A stretch of 39,466 bases of DNA, taken from IMG/VR virus record IMGVR_UViG_2531839252_000006; one strand, written 5' to 3'. Each line of letters opens with the position of its first letter. The first letter of the stretch is position 1. Shown piece after piece: positions 1 to 10,340 of this stretch. The stretch is from a virus. Taxonomy: Duplodnaviria; Heunggongvirae; Uroviricota; Caudoviricetes. The notes under the pieces were generated by a model. The model was not told the DNA's origin. It saw only the letters and a program-made list of their open reading frames with translations, and ran no database searches. Both the position numbers and the translations under genes were made by a program.

Positions 1-711
1 ATGAAAATTAGAAAAGTTGTTTTAACAAAAGCAGAGAAGTATTCTGATGAAATGGGTAATGAGATCCAGTACGAAGGTAGTTGTGACGTCAAACTAATTC
101 AGTTTAGAGGATCTAATAATAAACTTATCATTCATAAAGATGCATCATTAAAATATTTTGAGATATATTTTGACTGCAACAATGGGTATTTTGAAATTGG
201 CCCATGCCATATCGCAAACAAAGGTATACAAGCCCATATAAGAGTGGGTGAGAATTCCTCCATAAAAATAGGCTCTGATTTCACTTGCACTGGTAAAGGT
301 ATGATTTCTGCTGTAGAAAACTCAAGCATAATTATTGGCGATGACTGCATGTTTTCAAGTGGAAATGAAGTTAAAACTGATGACTCCCACCCTATTTTTA
401 GTGTAGTAACAGGTGAACGTATAAATATGCCAAAATCTATTTATATTGGAAGTCATGTCTGGGTTGGCCGCCGAGCGGCAATACTTGGTGGTGCAGAAAT
501 CGAAAGTGGTAGTGTTATTGGCTATGCAGCTGTTGTTAAAGGACACGTCCCAAATAACTCTATTGCAGCAGGAGTTCCAGCAAGAGTAATAAAAAAAGAC
601 ATTGCCTGGGAAAGACCTCATCTCTCCATACATAAACCTTATGTAAAGCCTAATAAGGACTCCATAAAAACCACAAGTGAATATTGGAACCTAACAAAAG
701 AAAAACAATAA
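1..711 (+). CDS. Hexapeptide-repeat (left-handed beta-helix) O-acetyltransferase; candidate NeuO-like polysaccharide O-acetyltransferase. The ORF starts at window base 1, so the true start may lie upstream.
   Basis: Translation shows tandem hexapeptide motifs typical of the LacA/NodL/CysE acyltransferase family (IGDDCMF, IYIGSHVWVGRRAAILGGAEIESGSVIGYAAVV, AAGVPARVI). It is convergent with the tailspike gene. The region looks AT-rich by eye. Confidence 0.75.
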   Translation: MKIRKVVLTKAEKYSDEMGNEIQYEGSCDVKLIQFRGSNNKLIIHKDASLKYFEIYFDCNNGYFEIGPCHIANKGIQAHIRVGENSSIKIGSDFTCTGKGMISAVENSSIIIGDDCMFSSGNEVKTDDSHPIFSVVTGERINMPKSIYIGSHVWVGRRAAILGGAEIESGSVIGYAAVVKGHVPNNSIAAGVPARVIKKDIAWERPHLSIHKPYVKPNKDSIKTTSEYWNLTKEKQ

Positions 712-745
712 AAACACACCATATATTGAACGACAAGTAAATCAC

Positions 746-784
746 ATGTCACTCCTAGAATGCGGTATCTTTAAGGAGTGACAT
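746..784. terminator. Inverted repeat (11-bp stems atgtcactcct / aggagtgacat, 17-nt loop) between the convergent acetyltransferase and tailspike genes; possible bidirectional terminator, but no clear U-tract.
   Basis: Seen directly in the sequence at 746-756 and 774-784. Confidence 0.3.
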
Positions 785-866
785 TTATCTATAACAAATT
801 ACTAAAACACCCAAAAAACATAGACTTCAATTGGTAATATTGAGACTTAAGGTGTCAGTAAAATAG

Positions 867-3599
867 TTAATTTGCAAGCTTATTTTCCAGTTCTTCAATC
901 CTCTTTATAATATTTTTCTGACGTATACCTAATGCAGCAATCATTAGATACTGTAATTCATCATTTCTGAATGCATAGCGTTCTCCTGCTTCATGCGTAA
1001 TAGTTATAGCCTCACGAACAAGGTTACCTTCATCATCATAAACAGCTGGATCTGTATCTGTATATGCATCCCATCTGTCATAGCAGATCGCTCCGTATTT
1101 AAATGGATCAAGTCCATTCTCTCTGAATATTTCCATTGCCCGTTGCACCGTAAGTCCGGCATGAAGTCTGGCATCAGCTCCCTTATTTTTTACACTATCA
1201 AGCCATTGATAAAAACCAATTTCATCAACAAGAGCTAACCCAACCGCCTGCTCTTTATCGGAAAGAGTTCTGACTTCCGTTTTCTCTGTTGCATCAGATG
1301 TATTTATAGTTGCAGTCCCTGCGTAGACCTGAGAAAAGCGGTTAACGGACCTTCCAAGTGATACCTGGTTATCAGTTGTTGGCCTTAATGTCGTCGTCGC
1401 CCATGTCGATGTAGTATCTTTAGTCGCAGAAAATACTGTTACATTCCCCTGCTTAAGTCTGACGACACCTCCATCTGTAGAGGCAAGTATCAACTCACCA
1501 GCCGCAGATGGACAATCAGCAGCATGGATATCAATATAAGCACCACCCGCAGTATTCCCATCTTTAGAACGGAACTGCATACCTCGAAAGTTTGAGTCGA
1601 ATACTGCTTTCGTACTTACCCATGAATTATTGTCATGTCCGTAATCTGTATCAAACAGGTTAAGGTTATTTCCATAATTCAACTCGAGGGATTTGGTATA
1701 CTCTCCAATGGCTTCGTCAAATATCGCAATAGTAAATGAACCGTGCTCACGGTTAAAGGCGATATCAGTTCCAGCATAATATTGATGCGCGGTTCCGGTA
1801 TACGGATCGGATTCTGCACCATGCACTGGATGGTTGCCAAGAATATCAGACAGGTTTGCTATTCCAAACAGATGCTTATTTCTGCGAGTATAATCACCTG
1901 ATTTATATGTTGCGCCTGAATCCCATTCACCACTTGTCGCTGCAAGCGATGTTTTTAACCAATAAGACCTGTTTGTCGGAAGATTTCCCTTGTTATCACC
2001 AGTAACAATACTTACCCAATTTTTACCACGATGGCTTACAACATCCCCTGCGCTTTTCCATACATCCATAGCACCACAGACAAGTTCATCACCTCTTATT
2101 GCCAGCCCTTCAGGCTCAAAGCTAACCGGAACTCCGATTTTAGAGTCAGAACCATTTAACTGAGTCTCTGTATAAAGTGATGCGGCAAGTGATACAGGAA
2201 ATGAACGTATTAGCGTACCACCCATATCATAAATCTGTACTGTCCTTACGCATCTTGCAGGAACGCCACCCCAAATTGTGTAAATATATCTGCTATCTGA
2301 TGTAATACCCTGAAGTGTTGCACCATACTGACCTTTACCACGGACAAGTGGAACAGGACCATTAATCGGTCTAACTTTCATTGGGTTAGAAGAAGATTCC
2401 ACTTCTTTGCGATCATATACGTATAAAAAGCGGCCAGTCCCAGCGTTTGATGTCGCAATTAATATGACATATCGCCCATCATTAGATACACAAATACTTG
2501 CCCGCTGCGCAAGGTTAATCAGATTATTATCACCCGGCTCACCAAATACTCGGTAATGAGTTATATCTTCAGCAGATGTTGATGCCCCTTTCCATTTTGT
2601 CTTTGAATACCCCTTCCCTCCTAGAGAGGAACCAGTCTCAGCAATTGTTGTTGTAAACAGATATAGTTCACCGTTCTCTATTGTGGCAGAAAGATCTGAA
2701 CCGTGACCAAGAGGCAATGGCTCTGTAAATGTCACAACATAAAGAGTTGAACCATCGCTTGTATAGTGCCACTCACTGATCCTTGTGAGGGTGTCCGTTC
2801 CCCAGTTAGAACCTCCAACCTGTTGAGTGATAAAAACCTTCTCAATACCTTCATGCCTTACACAAGCTATTCCCTGCAATGCATTTTGTGCATTCGCATA
2901 TATAGTTGGCGCATTGATATCATCACCAAAATTCAGGGTCGCAAGTTTTCTTTGTCCAATGGAGAAACTTTGCATCGGCGGATTAACAGAAATGCGAACA
3001 CCATTACTGATTAGAACACCATCACCGGAGAAGCGTGAAATATCTATTTTCGATGCATCAACTATAAACTCACCAGAAGGCACATGAACCAAACCACTAT
3101 TTCCTGCGCTAGATGCGGCGTCAAGAAAAGCCTGTGTTGAATCTCTATTCGCAGAGTCATCCGCCCCCCACCCGCGAACGTCTTTATCATCCCGCCATCG
3201 TGCAATCTGTAATTCAGGGTATTTTTTAGCACCATCAGGATCTTCTAATTGCTGCCGTAACTGATCCGGGTCATACTTCAGCACATTCGGAAAATAGAAC
3301 TGCTGCGTACCATAAGCATCGTACACAGCCATAGAGTGTCCTTTCACAGTAACGAATTTGGCAATCTGTCCGTTATATACAGGATATCCAGCAGCATTGA
3401 TAACGATTGGTTGCGAAACAGGAACGTGAGAACCTTCTTCATTCTCTACATAAACCTGAATCTGGTTTTCAGGATTTACAGGGTCAGTGTCAATTTTACC
3501 GATATAAATTTTGCCATTAGCTACGGCTTTAAAAGAACGAGCCATAGTGAAGAGTTGCGAAGGCATCCCAATTACAACATTTGGAGTTATATCAGGCAT
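867..3599 (-). CDS. Tailspike protein: P22 gp9-type head-binding N-terminal domain joined to a different receptor-binding domain and a C-terminal intramolecular-chaperone-like region; candidate endosialidase.
   Basis: N-terminal about 110 aa ([59 protein letters not shown] ... NVLKYDPDQ) match the remembered P22/Sf6/HK620 tailspike head-binding domain. Asp-box-like motifs ([16 protein letters not shown]) sit in the middle. The C-terminus ([10 protein letters not shown] ... [13 protein letters not shown]) resembles peptidase S74 chaperone domains. The long ORF extends to 3752, but the start was chosen at the ATG at 3599 with AGGA 8 nt upstream; ATG 3608 is an alternative. Confidence 0.8.
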   Translation of the reverse strand: MPDITPNVVIGMPSQLFTMARSFKAVANGKIYIGKIDTDPVNPENQIQVYVENEEGSHVPVSQPIVINAAGYPVYNGQIAKFVTVKGHSMAVYDAYGTQQFYFPNVLKYDPDQLRQQLEDPDGAKKYPELQIARWRDDKDVRGWGADDSANRDSTQAFLDAASSAGNSGLVHVPSGEFIVDASKIDISRFSGDGVLISNGVRISVNPPMQSFSIGQRKLATLNFGDDINAPTIYANAQNALQGIACVRHEGIEKVFITQQVGGSNWGTDTLTRISEWHYTSDGSTLYVVTFTEPLPLGHGSDLSATIENGELYLFTTTIAETGSSLGGKGYSKTKWKGASTSAEDITHYRVFGEPGDNNLINLAQRASICVSNDGRYVILIATSNAGTGRFLYVYDRKEVESSSNPMKVRPINGPVPLVRGKGQYGATLQGITSDSRYIYTIWGGVPARCVRTVQIYDMGGTLIRSFPVSLAASLYTETQLNGSDSKIGVPVSFEPEGLAIRGDELVCGAMDVWKSAGDVVSHRGKNWVSIVTGDNKGNLPTNRSYWLKTSLAATSGEWDSGATYKSGDYTRRNKHLFGIANLSDILGNHPVHGAESDPYTGTAHQYYAGTDIAFNREHGSFTIAIFDEAIGEYTKSLELNYGNNLNLFDTDYGHDNNSWVSTKAVFDSNFRGMQFRSKDGNTAGGAYIDIHAADCPSAAGELILASTDGGVVRLKQGNVTVFSATKDTTSTWATTTLRPTTDNQVSLGRSVNRFSQVYAGTATINTSDATEKTEVRTLSDKEQAVGLALVDEIGFYQWLDSVKNKGADARLHAGLTVQRAMEIFRENGLDPFKYGAICYDRWDAYTDTDPAVYDDEGNLVREAITITHEAGERYAFRNDELQYLMIAALGIRQKNIIKRIEELENKLAN

Positions 3600-3933
3600 A
3601 TTAGTCATCCTGTTTGAAAATTTAGATATTGAAGAAAACGGAATGACTGCAGACAAAGATGCAATTGTTTTGAAAAATAATCTTCTATTCACTTTAAAAC
3701 TATGCAACATGAACAAAACAATTATTTTACAACAAACAAGAATCTTGATCAACAGACATATGCTTTATGCGTTTAATGCGTCATTTAAAAATAACAAGTA
3801 CTACTTTTATTCCTATCGTCCATGATTTTCATTTTCAAATATTATTAAATAACAATTCCTATTTATAATATCTGTCATTTAATTTGCTCCAGATACAAGG
3901 AATCGCCGCAGCATGGCTACGGTGAATTTTGGG

Positions 3934-3962
3934 CATAAAAAAACCCAGCCGAAGCTGGGTCG
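3934..3962 (-). terminator. Rho-independent terminator downstream of ant.
   Basis: Stem acccagc / gctgggt with loop cgaa, followed on the minus strand by a T-run (plus-strand A-run 3936-3943). Confidence 0.6.
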
Positions 3963-3978
3963 TTGCGTTGGTTATCTG

Positions 3979-4881
3979 TCAGTAGTTATGTACTGAAGGA
4001 GGCAATTCTTTATTCTTAAGTCTCATCCATGCGGAAAGATTCGTTGGTCCGTCTGGCTCATTGATATCAACATCTCGTGTGTGATTGATTAAAACGTCTC
4101 TCGCCATTCCGATAACATACGAGAATTCATGACCGTAGTCGTAGCATCTGCCGGAATAGTTCGATTGAATTTGTTTTAGCGCCGGATACAGTTCGCGGAA
4201 TAATGCCTGTGAACGGTTGGCATAATCCCATAACCATACAAGGCTGTTTGCTTCTTTTGCAGAAAGCTCGTTTGCTTTCTTCTCTTGTTTGCCAATAAAC
4301 TCGCCTTCAAGCACTACCCTGTGGATGTACTCTACTGCTTGCGGTATCTGAGATGCATCAAGCTCTTCAATACTTTCCACGTTGAAACGCTGATGAATCA
4401 TTGCATAAGCTTCTGGGTACATTAGATGCTTTTTGCTGACTAGCATATTTACAGCATCACGAAGCGGAGTCCTGTCATCAACAGATGTTTTCTTACGTGC
4501 ATTTTCTTCCTTTCCCTTCGTCCAGTAGTCATGCAGCACGCTAAAGCATTCCTCCTGGTACTGAATCAGTTTATCACGGATGTCAGCACGAACTTTCTCA
4601 GGGTTGATGCTGAACAGCCATCCATTTAACTTCTTCAAAGGAAGGCAGAGTAGCTTACGAAGCTTCCCATCAGCGGCAACCATGTCCATATGAACACAGT
4701 TGAATTTGCTAATCTGCTTCATGAGTTTTGTTTGCTGCGTTGACCAGCTCATTCCAAGGTTTTCAACGATTGGCTTCATCGCAACATATGCAACTCCGGC
4801 AGCCATGGCGGTGATAATTTGCTGACCGTTGAATGGTACGTAAGAGGTGTTCACTGCTTCTAAAATTGCTATACTATTCAT
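3979..4881 (-). CDS. ant: Antirepressor Ant (immI region), 300 aa.
   Basis: Translation from [21 protein letters not shown] gives 300 aa, the length of P22 Ant, with a GGAG 10 nt upstream. Its position downstream of arc matches P22 immI. Confidence 0.85.
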   Translation of the reverse strand: MNSIAILEAVNTSYVPFNGQQIITAMAAGVAYVAMKPIVENLGMSWSTQQTKLMKQISKFNCVHMDMVAADGKLRKLLCLPLKKLNGWLFSINPEKVRADIRDKLIQYQEECFSVLHDYWTKGKEENARKKTSVDDRTPLRDAVNMLVSKKHLMYPEAYAMIHQRFNVESIEELDASQIPQAVEYIHRVVLEGEFIGKQEKKANELSAKEANSLVWLWDYANRSQALFRELYPALKQIQSNYSGRCYDYGHEFSYVIGMARDVLINHTRDVDINEPDGPTNLSAWMRLKNKELPPSVHNY

Positions 4882-4949
4882 GTTGGTTTTTCTCCACGGA
4901 TTTACTGACAACCGAAGCCCTGACTGTTCCCGCAGTTGGGGCTTCAACT

Positions 4950-5111
4950 TTACGCGCCAATGCGCCCTTCCTTCTTAAAGCTTTCCATTACTCTCTGATA
5001 AATCTCAGAGTTAACAGACCGACCATTCTCTTCCGCCACCTTGCGGACCAAATCCAATACTTCTTTAGGCCACCGCAAATTGAACTGCGGCATCTTGCTC
5101 ATTCCTTTCAT
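4950..5111 (-). CDS. arc: Arc repressor, 53 aa.
   Basis: Internal start gives [53 protein letters not shown], which matches P22 Arc except about one residue (from memory). Confidence 0.9.
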   Translation of the reverse strand: MKGMSKMPQFNLRWPKEVLDLVRKVAEENGRSVNSEIYQRVMESFKKEGRIGA

Positions 5112-5125
5112 ATTCACCTCACAAT

Positions 5126-5174
5126 ATAGGTCCACCGTGGACCTATTGAGAATATAGTAGAGTGCTTCTATCAT
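5126..5174. promoter_or_regulatory. immI operator/promoter region: Mnt operator palindrome (ataggtccaccgtggacctat, 5126-5146) and Arc operator (atagtagagtgcttctatcat, 5154-5174), with divergent Pant/Pmnt.
   Basis: Palindromes seen directly; they match the remembered P22 Omnt and Oarc sequences and lie between divergent arc and mnt. Confidence 0.7.
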
Positions 5175-5201
5175 GTCAATACACTAACTTGGAGTGATGG
5201 C

Positions 5202-5453
5202 ATGGCTAGAGATGATCCGCACTTTAACTTCCGTATGCCTATGGAAGTAAGGGAGAAATTAAAATTCAGGGCGGAGGCGAATGGGAGATCAATGAACTCC
5301 GAGTTGTTACAAATCGTCCAAGATGCTCTATCAAAACCATCGCCTGTGACTGGATATCGCGACGATGCAGAACGACTCGCTGATGAGCAGTCAGAGCTTG
5401 TTAAGAAGATGGTGTTTGATACGCTGAAGGATTTGTACAAAAAACCCACCTGA
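5202..5453 (+). CDS. mnt: Mnt repressor, 83 aa.
   Basis: Translation MARDDPHFNFRMPMEVREKLKFRAEANGRSMNSELLQIVQDALSKPSPVTGYRDDAERLADEQSELVKKMVFDTLKDLYKK matches P22 Mnt (ribbon-helix-helix N-terminus). Confidence 0.9.
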   Translation: MARDDPHFNFRMPMEVREKLKFRAEANGRSMNSELLQIVQDALSKPSPVTGYRDDAERLADEQSELVKKMVFDTLKDLYKKPT

Positions 5454-5462
5454 AGGTGGGTC
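5439..5462. terminator. Hairpin cccacc-tgaa-ggtggg flanked by an A-run on plus (T-run on minus); terminator for the minus-strand lipoprotein gene, possibly bidirectional.
   Basis: Seen directly; overlaps the mnt stop codon. Confidence 0.5.
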
Positions 5463-5469
5463 CTATTTA

Positions 5470-5889
5470 TTAGTCTTGCTTTGTTGATGGTATAAGAGAT
5501 GCGTTTGCCTCTTTTGGCTTCAAGGTATACATCCCACCATTAAAAGGATCTACAGCAAGCCAACCAATTAACCCACCAAACACAAGGTTTCCACCAATAT
5601 ACCAGCCATTAGCATTGGCTTTGATTGGCAGGGTAACTGGTTCGTACCCATCCTTTTCCATAGTGATCTGGTAGCTCTTTTTGCCAAAATAACTACCATC
5701 TGACTTGGCAAGAGTTACTCCTTGTGGGGTCTTACCTTGCGCAACAATCACGCCTGATTCGTCTTTTACCTTAAAGCTCGCACCGGAAGGATTGCTGTTC
5801 ACTTGCACAAGCTGCGTTTCGTCACCAACAATAGTTGCGCACCCAGATAACAATATAGCGCCAGCAACGACGCCAATAATCCTCTTCAT
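5470..5889 (-). CDS. Predicted lipoprotein of unknown function (moron at the P22 sieA position).
   Basis: Start chosen at MKRIIGVVAGAILLSGC: signal peptide with lipobox LSGC. Glycine-rich C-terminal segment. Lies between immI and the ejection-protein genes. Confidence 0.6.
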   Translation of the reverse strand: MKRIIGVVAGAILLSGCATIVGDETQLVQVNSNPSGASFKVKDESGVIVAQGKTPQGVTLAKSDGSYFGKKSYQITMEKDGYEPVTLPIKANANGWYIGGNLVFGGLIGWLAVDPFNGGMYTLKPKEANASLIPSTKQD

Positions 5890-6006
5890 ATCAATTTCCA
5901 TATTTAAAAAACCGGAAACATCCTAATGACAAACCATTCAAATGTGAAGTAGGCAAAAGATGTTTACTTTTTTCATGGTATCCTGCTCAAAACTAAGGAG
6001 GTTGGC

Positions 6007-6396
6007 GTGAAGCAATTTCTTACTGCTATGTTCTTATTCATATCTTTTGGGGCTACAGCAGAGTGCTGGGTCGTTGGAGATATGCGCGGAATAAGCTATT
6101 CAGAACGAAATAATTTCCACCCGGAAGAAGATGGTTTTAGTGGAACATTCATCATTAAGACAAACGGTGAAGATGCCAGCATCACATATTCTGGGACAGA
6201 TGCGGGCGGCATGGCTTACAAAGCATTGTCTAAAAACTCCATCATAGGAATCGGCGCGAATGGCGAAACTCAACGCGTTATCGACTCATGGGTAATACAT
6301 CCTACTGGAACAGTTTTAATGTCAAAAACCATTTCCGGTTATGGAAATATGGATTCAACCAAAGCTTTTGTTGGAAAAGTAAAAAGAAAATGTTAG
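6007..6396 (+). CDS. Predicted secreted/periplasmic protein of unknown function (GTG start).
   Basis: AAGGAGG 6 nt upstream of GTG. N-terminal signal peptide MKQFLTAMFLFISFGATA. Divergent from the lipoprotein gene. Confidence 0.55.
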   Translation: MKQFLTAMFLFISFGATAECWVVGDMRGISYSERNNFHPEEDGFSGTFIIKTNGEDASITYSGTDAGGMAYKALSKNSIIGIGANGETQRVIDSWVIHPTGTVLMSKTISGYGNMDSTKAFVGKVKRKC

Positions 6397-6420
6397 CGAT
6401 TGAATCCAATTTCCCATACG

Positions 6421-8247
6421 TTACTGCTGTGTTGCCTCAGTAGCAAACAGCGGTCTGATGGCATTCGCAGCGTTATTTATCGCTCTTTCATAGGCTGGTG
6501 TTCCTGCTTTGGTGTTTGCCAAACGAAGAAGCATATTTCTTGCTGCTTTGGACTCATACAAGCGCATCATTGCACCAAAACCAGCCTCAAGCCCCATTGA
6601 TACGCCAAGGGTCGCAGTTGCGCCAATCGTCCTTATCCTGTTGGCTTGCGATTGCCCCGTCTGAGTTACTACATTTGCGGTGTCTGACCTTGCTGTTTGC
6701 TGTAGAACTTCATGAAGAGCATCAAGCTCTTTCATGTGCTTTCCAGAAAAAATAGTGTTGTAAATTTCACCGCCTGACTGAGATTTCAGCTTATTAACTT
6801 CAGTGATGAACTTGGCTGGAGAGTCCCCGGCCTTTTCCGCTATTTTGCTGACGTAAGCTGCACGCATAGCATCTTTCCCCTTATCATCCAGTGCGCTCCA
6901 GATTCGTTTCACGTCAGATGGTTTTCTGCTTAATACAACGGTATTTATAAGTTCAGGACTGGCTTCGCTGCTTGCCTTGTTGAGCTTGTTGGCAATGTTT
7001 TTATTAAGCACCTTATTATAAACGTTTGCATAATCGGAATTTGCTTTAAGGTATTTTGCTGCGTCTGATGCACCGAGGTTTTTAGCAACTGCGTTACGAA
7101 GGTCTTTTGACATTGCATTCTCTACCATATTGGTAGCTGCTTTTGCCTGGTTGGGGAAGACCATAGCATCTCCCTGAACATTAGATCTAAATGCTGTTCT
7201 GTGCTGACGCAAGAGATCAAACGTAACATCCAAATCAGTTGCAGGGTTTGCTAATTCTTCACGTAGGTTACGCAAGGATGTAAGCAGGCTTTGATTGGCA
7301 GACGTCCCAAGCCGTTCCTGTCTTGCGATCGCTGTATTCAGAGCATTCATGGTATTTGTGGTATCAACTGCGGCATTACCCATTTTATTGGTGACGTCAT
7401 TGATAACAGCGCCAGCGGCATCCTTCCGCCCCCTTAACGTGGTGGTAAGAGATTTCACCACATCATCAGGGTTGTACTCACCAAAACGGTCAAAATAATT
7501 GCTTACCAGCTTACTACGCGTTGCATATTGCTCCGCTCGCTTTGAGCCTGTCCCGAGCAAAGCCCCCTCAGCATCCTGAGTAAGTCCGCGAGTGAAAGCA
7601 TTTTTCGGCGGGATAACATCAGATGTCATTGGTGTCACGCCCATCGATTCTGATGTGGCAATTTTCTTCGCCACTTCTGGCGCAATATCACCTTTTATAG
7701 CCGTTATTCCACGCCCTATTCCCTTTGCTGCTGCGGAAAGAACACCCTGAGCGGCAAGGTTAACTCCGGCATTTTTAGCTGCATTTTGTGCGAAATCACC
7801 TTTCTGATTTGCGGCCTCTGCCAGTGATCCAATAGCCATACTTCCTGCCGTTCCAACTCCTGGAACTAAATACCCGCCAATTGTTTCTCCAGCTTGAGCG
7901 TAGGAGTCTGTCGGTCTGTCTACTGGACGATAGACATCATCCAATACTTTTGGCCCACCAAGCCCCTGACTGATTGCATTAATCAGACTTGCGCCACCCT
8001 GCAATACGTCAAATGGTATGTTTACCAGACCACGACCAGCCTGTTCTGCAATTTGCCCTGCACTTTGACCACCAGTGAGCCAGTCAGTAGCTTTTCCTAC
8101 CAGAGATTGTTCTTCTGGCTGCGATTGGTTTTGGGTGGATTGATCACCAGAAGACAGCATCTGAGCAATGCGACGTGCTCCCTCAGTATCACCAGCAGCA
8201 TCAGCATTCCTTAACGCCGTCATCAATTGTTCACGACTATAAGCCAT
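6421..8247 (-). CDS. Ejection (injection) protein, P22 gp16-like, 608 aa.
   Basis: Size and position immediately downstream of the gp20-like gene match the P22 order 7-20-16; Ala/Gly-rich composition. Confidence 0.75.
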   Translation of the reverse strand: MAYSREQLMTALRNADAAGDTEGARRIAQMLSSGDQSTQNQSQPEEQSLVGKATDWLTGGQSAGQIAEQAGRGLVNIPFDVLQGGASLINAISQGLGGPKVLDDVYRPVDRPTDSYAQAGETIGGYLVPGVGTAGSMAIGSLAEAANQKGDFAQNAAKNAGVNLAAQGVLSAAAKGIGRGITAIKGDIAPEVAKKIATSESMGVTPMTSDVIPPKNAFTRGLTQDAEGALLGTGSKRAEQYATRSKLVSNYFDRFGEYNPDDVVKSLTTTLRGRKDAAGAVINDVTNKMGNAAVDTTNTMNALNTAIARQERLGTSANQSLLTSLRNLREELANPATDLDVTFDLLRQHRTAFRSNVQGDAMVFPNQAKAATNMVENAMSKDLRNAVAKNLGASDAAKYLKANSDYANVYNKVLNKNIANKLNKASSEASPELINTVVLSRKPSDVKRIWSALDDKGKDAMRAAYVSKIAEKAGDSPAKFITEVNKLKSQSGGEIYNTIFSGKHMKELDALHEVLQQTARSDTANVVTQTGQSQANRIRTIGATATLGVSMGLEAGFGAMMRLYESKAARNMLLRLANTKAGTPAYERAINNAANAIRPLFATEATQQ

Positions 8248-9632
8248 TACTGCCCTCCGAGATATTTGCTAATTAATTCGTCATCGGACAATTGCTGTTG
8301 AGGTTGGCTATCGCCATAACTTGAGGAAAGAAAACGTTTTGCCGCAGAGTTCAATGATTCACCCTTCTTAACATCCATCCCCATGATGTTTCGGTTGCGA
8401 TCAGATTGTCCAGGGCTGCCGTTTGCACTCATCCACTCTGACCTAAACTCGTTGAACTTCGCGTTATTACTTTCCATTTTTGCCATACCCCTTAACCATC
8501 GAGCCATTACCATTGGATTATCCGTTTCGCTTGGAATGCCTTTCCTTGCAAACTCAATATCCTTATCTGATGCAGGGCCGGGAGGTAGAAGCTTGGTTGC
8601 CTGCGCATTGGCTAGTTGGTTGAATCTAATCCGCATATCTCGGAGGTAGTTATCTTGCCCCGTAAGCTTAGAGAACATATTTTCAGCGTTACCGAACAAA
8701 CCAGGAGTTGGCTTCTCCTTCTCCAGCGTGTCAGCGAGCGTTGTCATTGAATCGGCAGCATTACGACTAGCTGCCGCATCACCTGCTGATTTTTCTATAG
8801 CCTTTTCCATGTTCACGGATAGTTTTGGCGCAGCATTAATAAGTTCATCGGCCTTCTTTTGTGCCTGTTGTACTTCAAAACCGAATTTCTGCTTATCAAG
8901 TGCCAGTCTTTCTGCTGCAAGTCCGTGTCCAGTCATTGCTGACTGATAGGAAAGGTTTTGCCCTCTCGCCTGAAGTGCCTCGCCAGCCTGATTGCTGCGG
9001 ATTGTCTCTGCCAGCCTGCCTCGGTCAATTTCACGACCAGCCATCTTGTCCTGAACAGCAAACGCCTTTTCTGGCCCAAGTGCACCGAGAGACATAGTAG
9101 TCAGCATGTGTGATAGCTGCTCTGGATTCTGGATACCTGTCTGAATCATCCAGTCAGCATTAGCACCAACGCGATTTAACCTGTCCTTGTTGTCAGTAAT
9201 GAATTTACTGTAGGCTTCCGGTCCCTGAGAAAGAGCGACGTTAGCCCTCATGGCTAAATCGCCCATATCGTTGCGTTGCTGCTCATTAAGACCAGAAAAC
9301 GCCTGTTGTGCCTGTGCAACAAACGCTGGATTTTCCTGGGCAAACTTAAATAGTCCCGATGGATCACCAGAAGCCCATGCATCAGCATGAACCTTATTGA
9401 ACGCACTAATCGCTTTCTGTTGCTGTTCCTGATTGTAAATATCAGCAACTCCAGCCAGGCCACGTAACGCGGTCAGGCCAACGTTATTTGCACCTGAGCG
9501 AGCCAGTTCATTGTTTTCGCGGATCAGACCAAGCGTTGCGTTAATGTCGCTTGCCTTTGGCGCATTCTCATTTTGCGTACCGATGCCAGCCAGAAAACCA
9601 CCAGAATTAATACCCTGTTGCCACGTAGCCAT
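8247..9632 (-). CDS. Ejection protein, P22 gp20-like, 461 aa.
   Basis: Size and synteny with P22 gene 20; start overlaps the upstream gene's stop. Confidence 0.75.
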   Translation of the reverse strand: MATWQQGINSGGFLAGIGTQNENAPKASDINATLGLIRENNELARSGANNVGLTALRGLAGVADIYNQEQQQKAISAFNKVHADAWASGDPSGLFKFAQENPAFVAQAQQAFSGLNEQQRNDMGDLAMRANVALSQGPEAYSKFITDNKDRLNRVGANADWMIQTGIQNPEQLSHMLTTMSLGALGPEKAFAVQDKMAGREIDRGRLAETIRSNQAGEALQARGQNLSYQSAMTGHGLAAERLALDKQKFGFEVQQAQKKADELINAAPKLSVNMEKAIEKSAGDAAASRNAADSMTTLADTLEKEKPTPGLFGNAENMFSKLTGQDNYLRDMRIRFNQLANAQATKLLPPGPASDKDIEFARKGIPSETDNPMVMARWLRGMAKMESNNAKFNEFRSEWMSANGSPGQSDRNRNIMGMDVKKGESLNSAAKRFLSSSYGDSQPQQQLSDDELISKYLGGQ

Positions 9633-9642
9633 TGATTACCCC

Positions 9643-10338
9643 TTAATAAAGCAGTGAACCAAGCAGACCGATACCAGCACCGATACCAGCACCCCACGGA
9701 GTTGATGAACCAATTAATTTCGCAAGTCCAGCCCCAGCAATGGCACCAGACGCACCTCCACCAATAGCAGATTGCAATGCTGACGGTCGGTTGGCGTTTG
9801 CCGCAGCCAGCGCCGCGCTTTGCTGTGAAATCTGACTCATGTTGTTGGCATATGTTTGCCCGGCATTTGCCTGACCCTGAAGCGCGCCAAGACCAATATT
9901 TGCCAGATTCTGGTAGTTGTTCATCTGACCAGACAGCCACTGCTGACCAAGCGTTGGTGCGATTGTTGCTAACTGATTACTGGTTGCGGTGGAACCCAAT
10001 CCACCTGTTGCTTCCGCTGCCGCCAGACTCTGATAGCGCGCCTGACCAGCAAAGTCTTTGTACTGCTGAGAGTTGTAATACTGGTTAAGCGCCTGACCTT
10101 GCCCCTCCAGAGACGATAAGTTCTCGAGGCTGCCGACATACTTCTCAGCCAGAGGAGTAAACGGTTTCAGGTTGTTCATGATGGTGTTGAACTGCTGATT
10201 TTGCAGGTCTGCGGCATACTTCTGAGCTTCTGCTGCATACTTTGCGCTTTTATCAGAGCTGCCACCTTTCCCGCCTTTTTCAGGGCAATAAGGTTCCTCG
10301 CCGCGCAGTTTTCTGCCCAGCTTAAATGCATATAACAT
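9643..10338 (-). CDS. Ejection protein, P22 gp7-like, 231 aa.
   Basis: Size (P22 gp7 about 229 aa) and synteny. Confidence 0.7.
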   Translation of the reverse strand: MLYAFKLGRKLRGEEPYCPEKGGKGGSSDKSAKYAAEAQKYAADLQNQQFNTIMNNLKPFTPLAEKYVGSLENLSSLEGQGQALNQYYNSQQYKDFAGQARYQSLAAAEATGGLGSTATSNQLATIAPTLGQQWLSGQMNNYQNLANIGLGALQGQANAGQTYANNMSQISQQSAALAAANANRPSALQSAIGGGASGAIAGAGLAKLIGSSTPWGAGIGAGIGLLGSLLY

Positions 10339-10340
10339 GG

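Noticed and set aside
132-633. Minus-strand ORFs 132-350 and 355-633 inside the acetyltransferase gene
   Set aside because: They lie antisense within a well-supported coding region and have no ribosome-binding site or recognisable motifs.
746-784. The inverted repeat between acetyltransferase and tailspike as an attachment site or recombination core
   Set aside because: The integrase is at the opposite end of the prophage and the repeat looks like a transcript-end hairpin; there is no evidence for an att core.
993-3825. Several plus-strand ORFs (993-1238, 2766-3087, 3336-3825) overlapping the tailspike gene
   Set aside because: Antisense to a long, clearly coding frame; they show low-complexity AT-rich translations typical of chance frames.
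4833-5129. Plus-strand ORF spanning the ant start and arc
   Set aside because: Overlaps two highly conserved immI genes on the opposite strand.
5171-5449. Minus-strand ORF antisense to mnt
   Set aside because: The mnt frame is near-identical to P22 Mnt; the antisense frame has no support.
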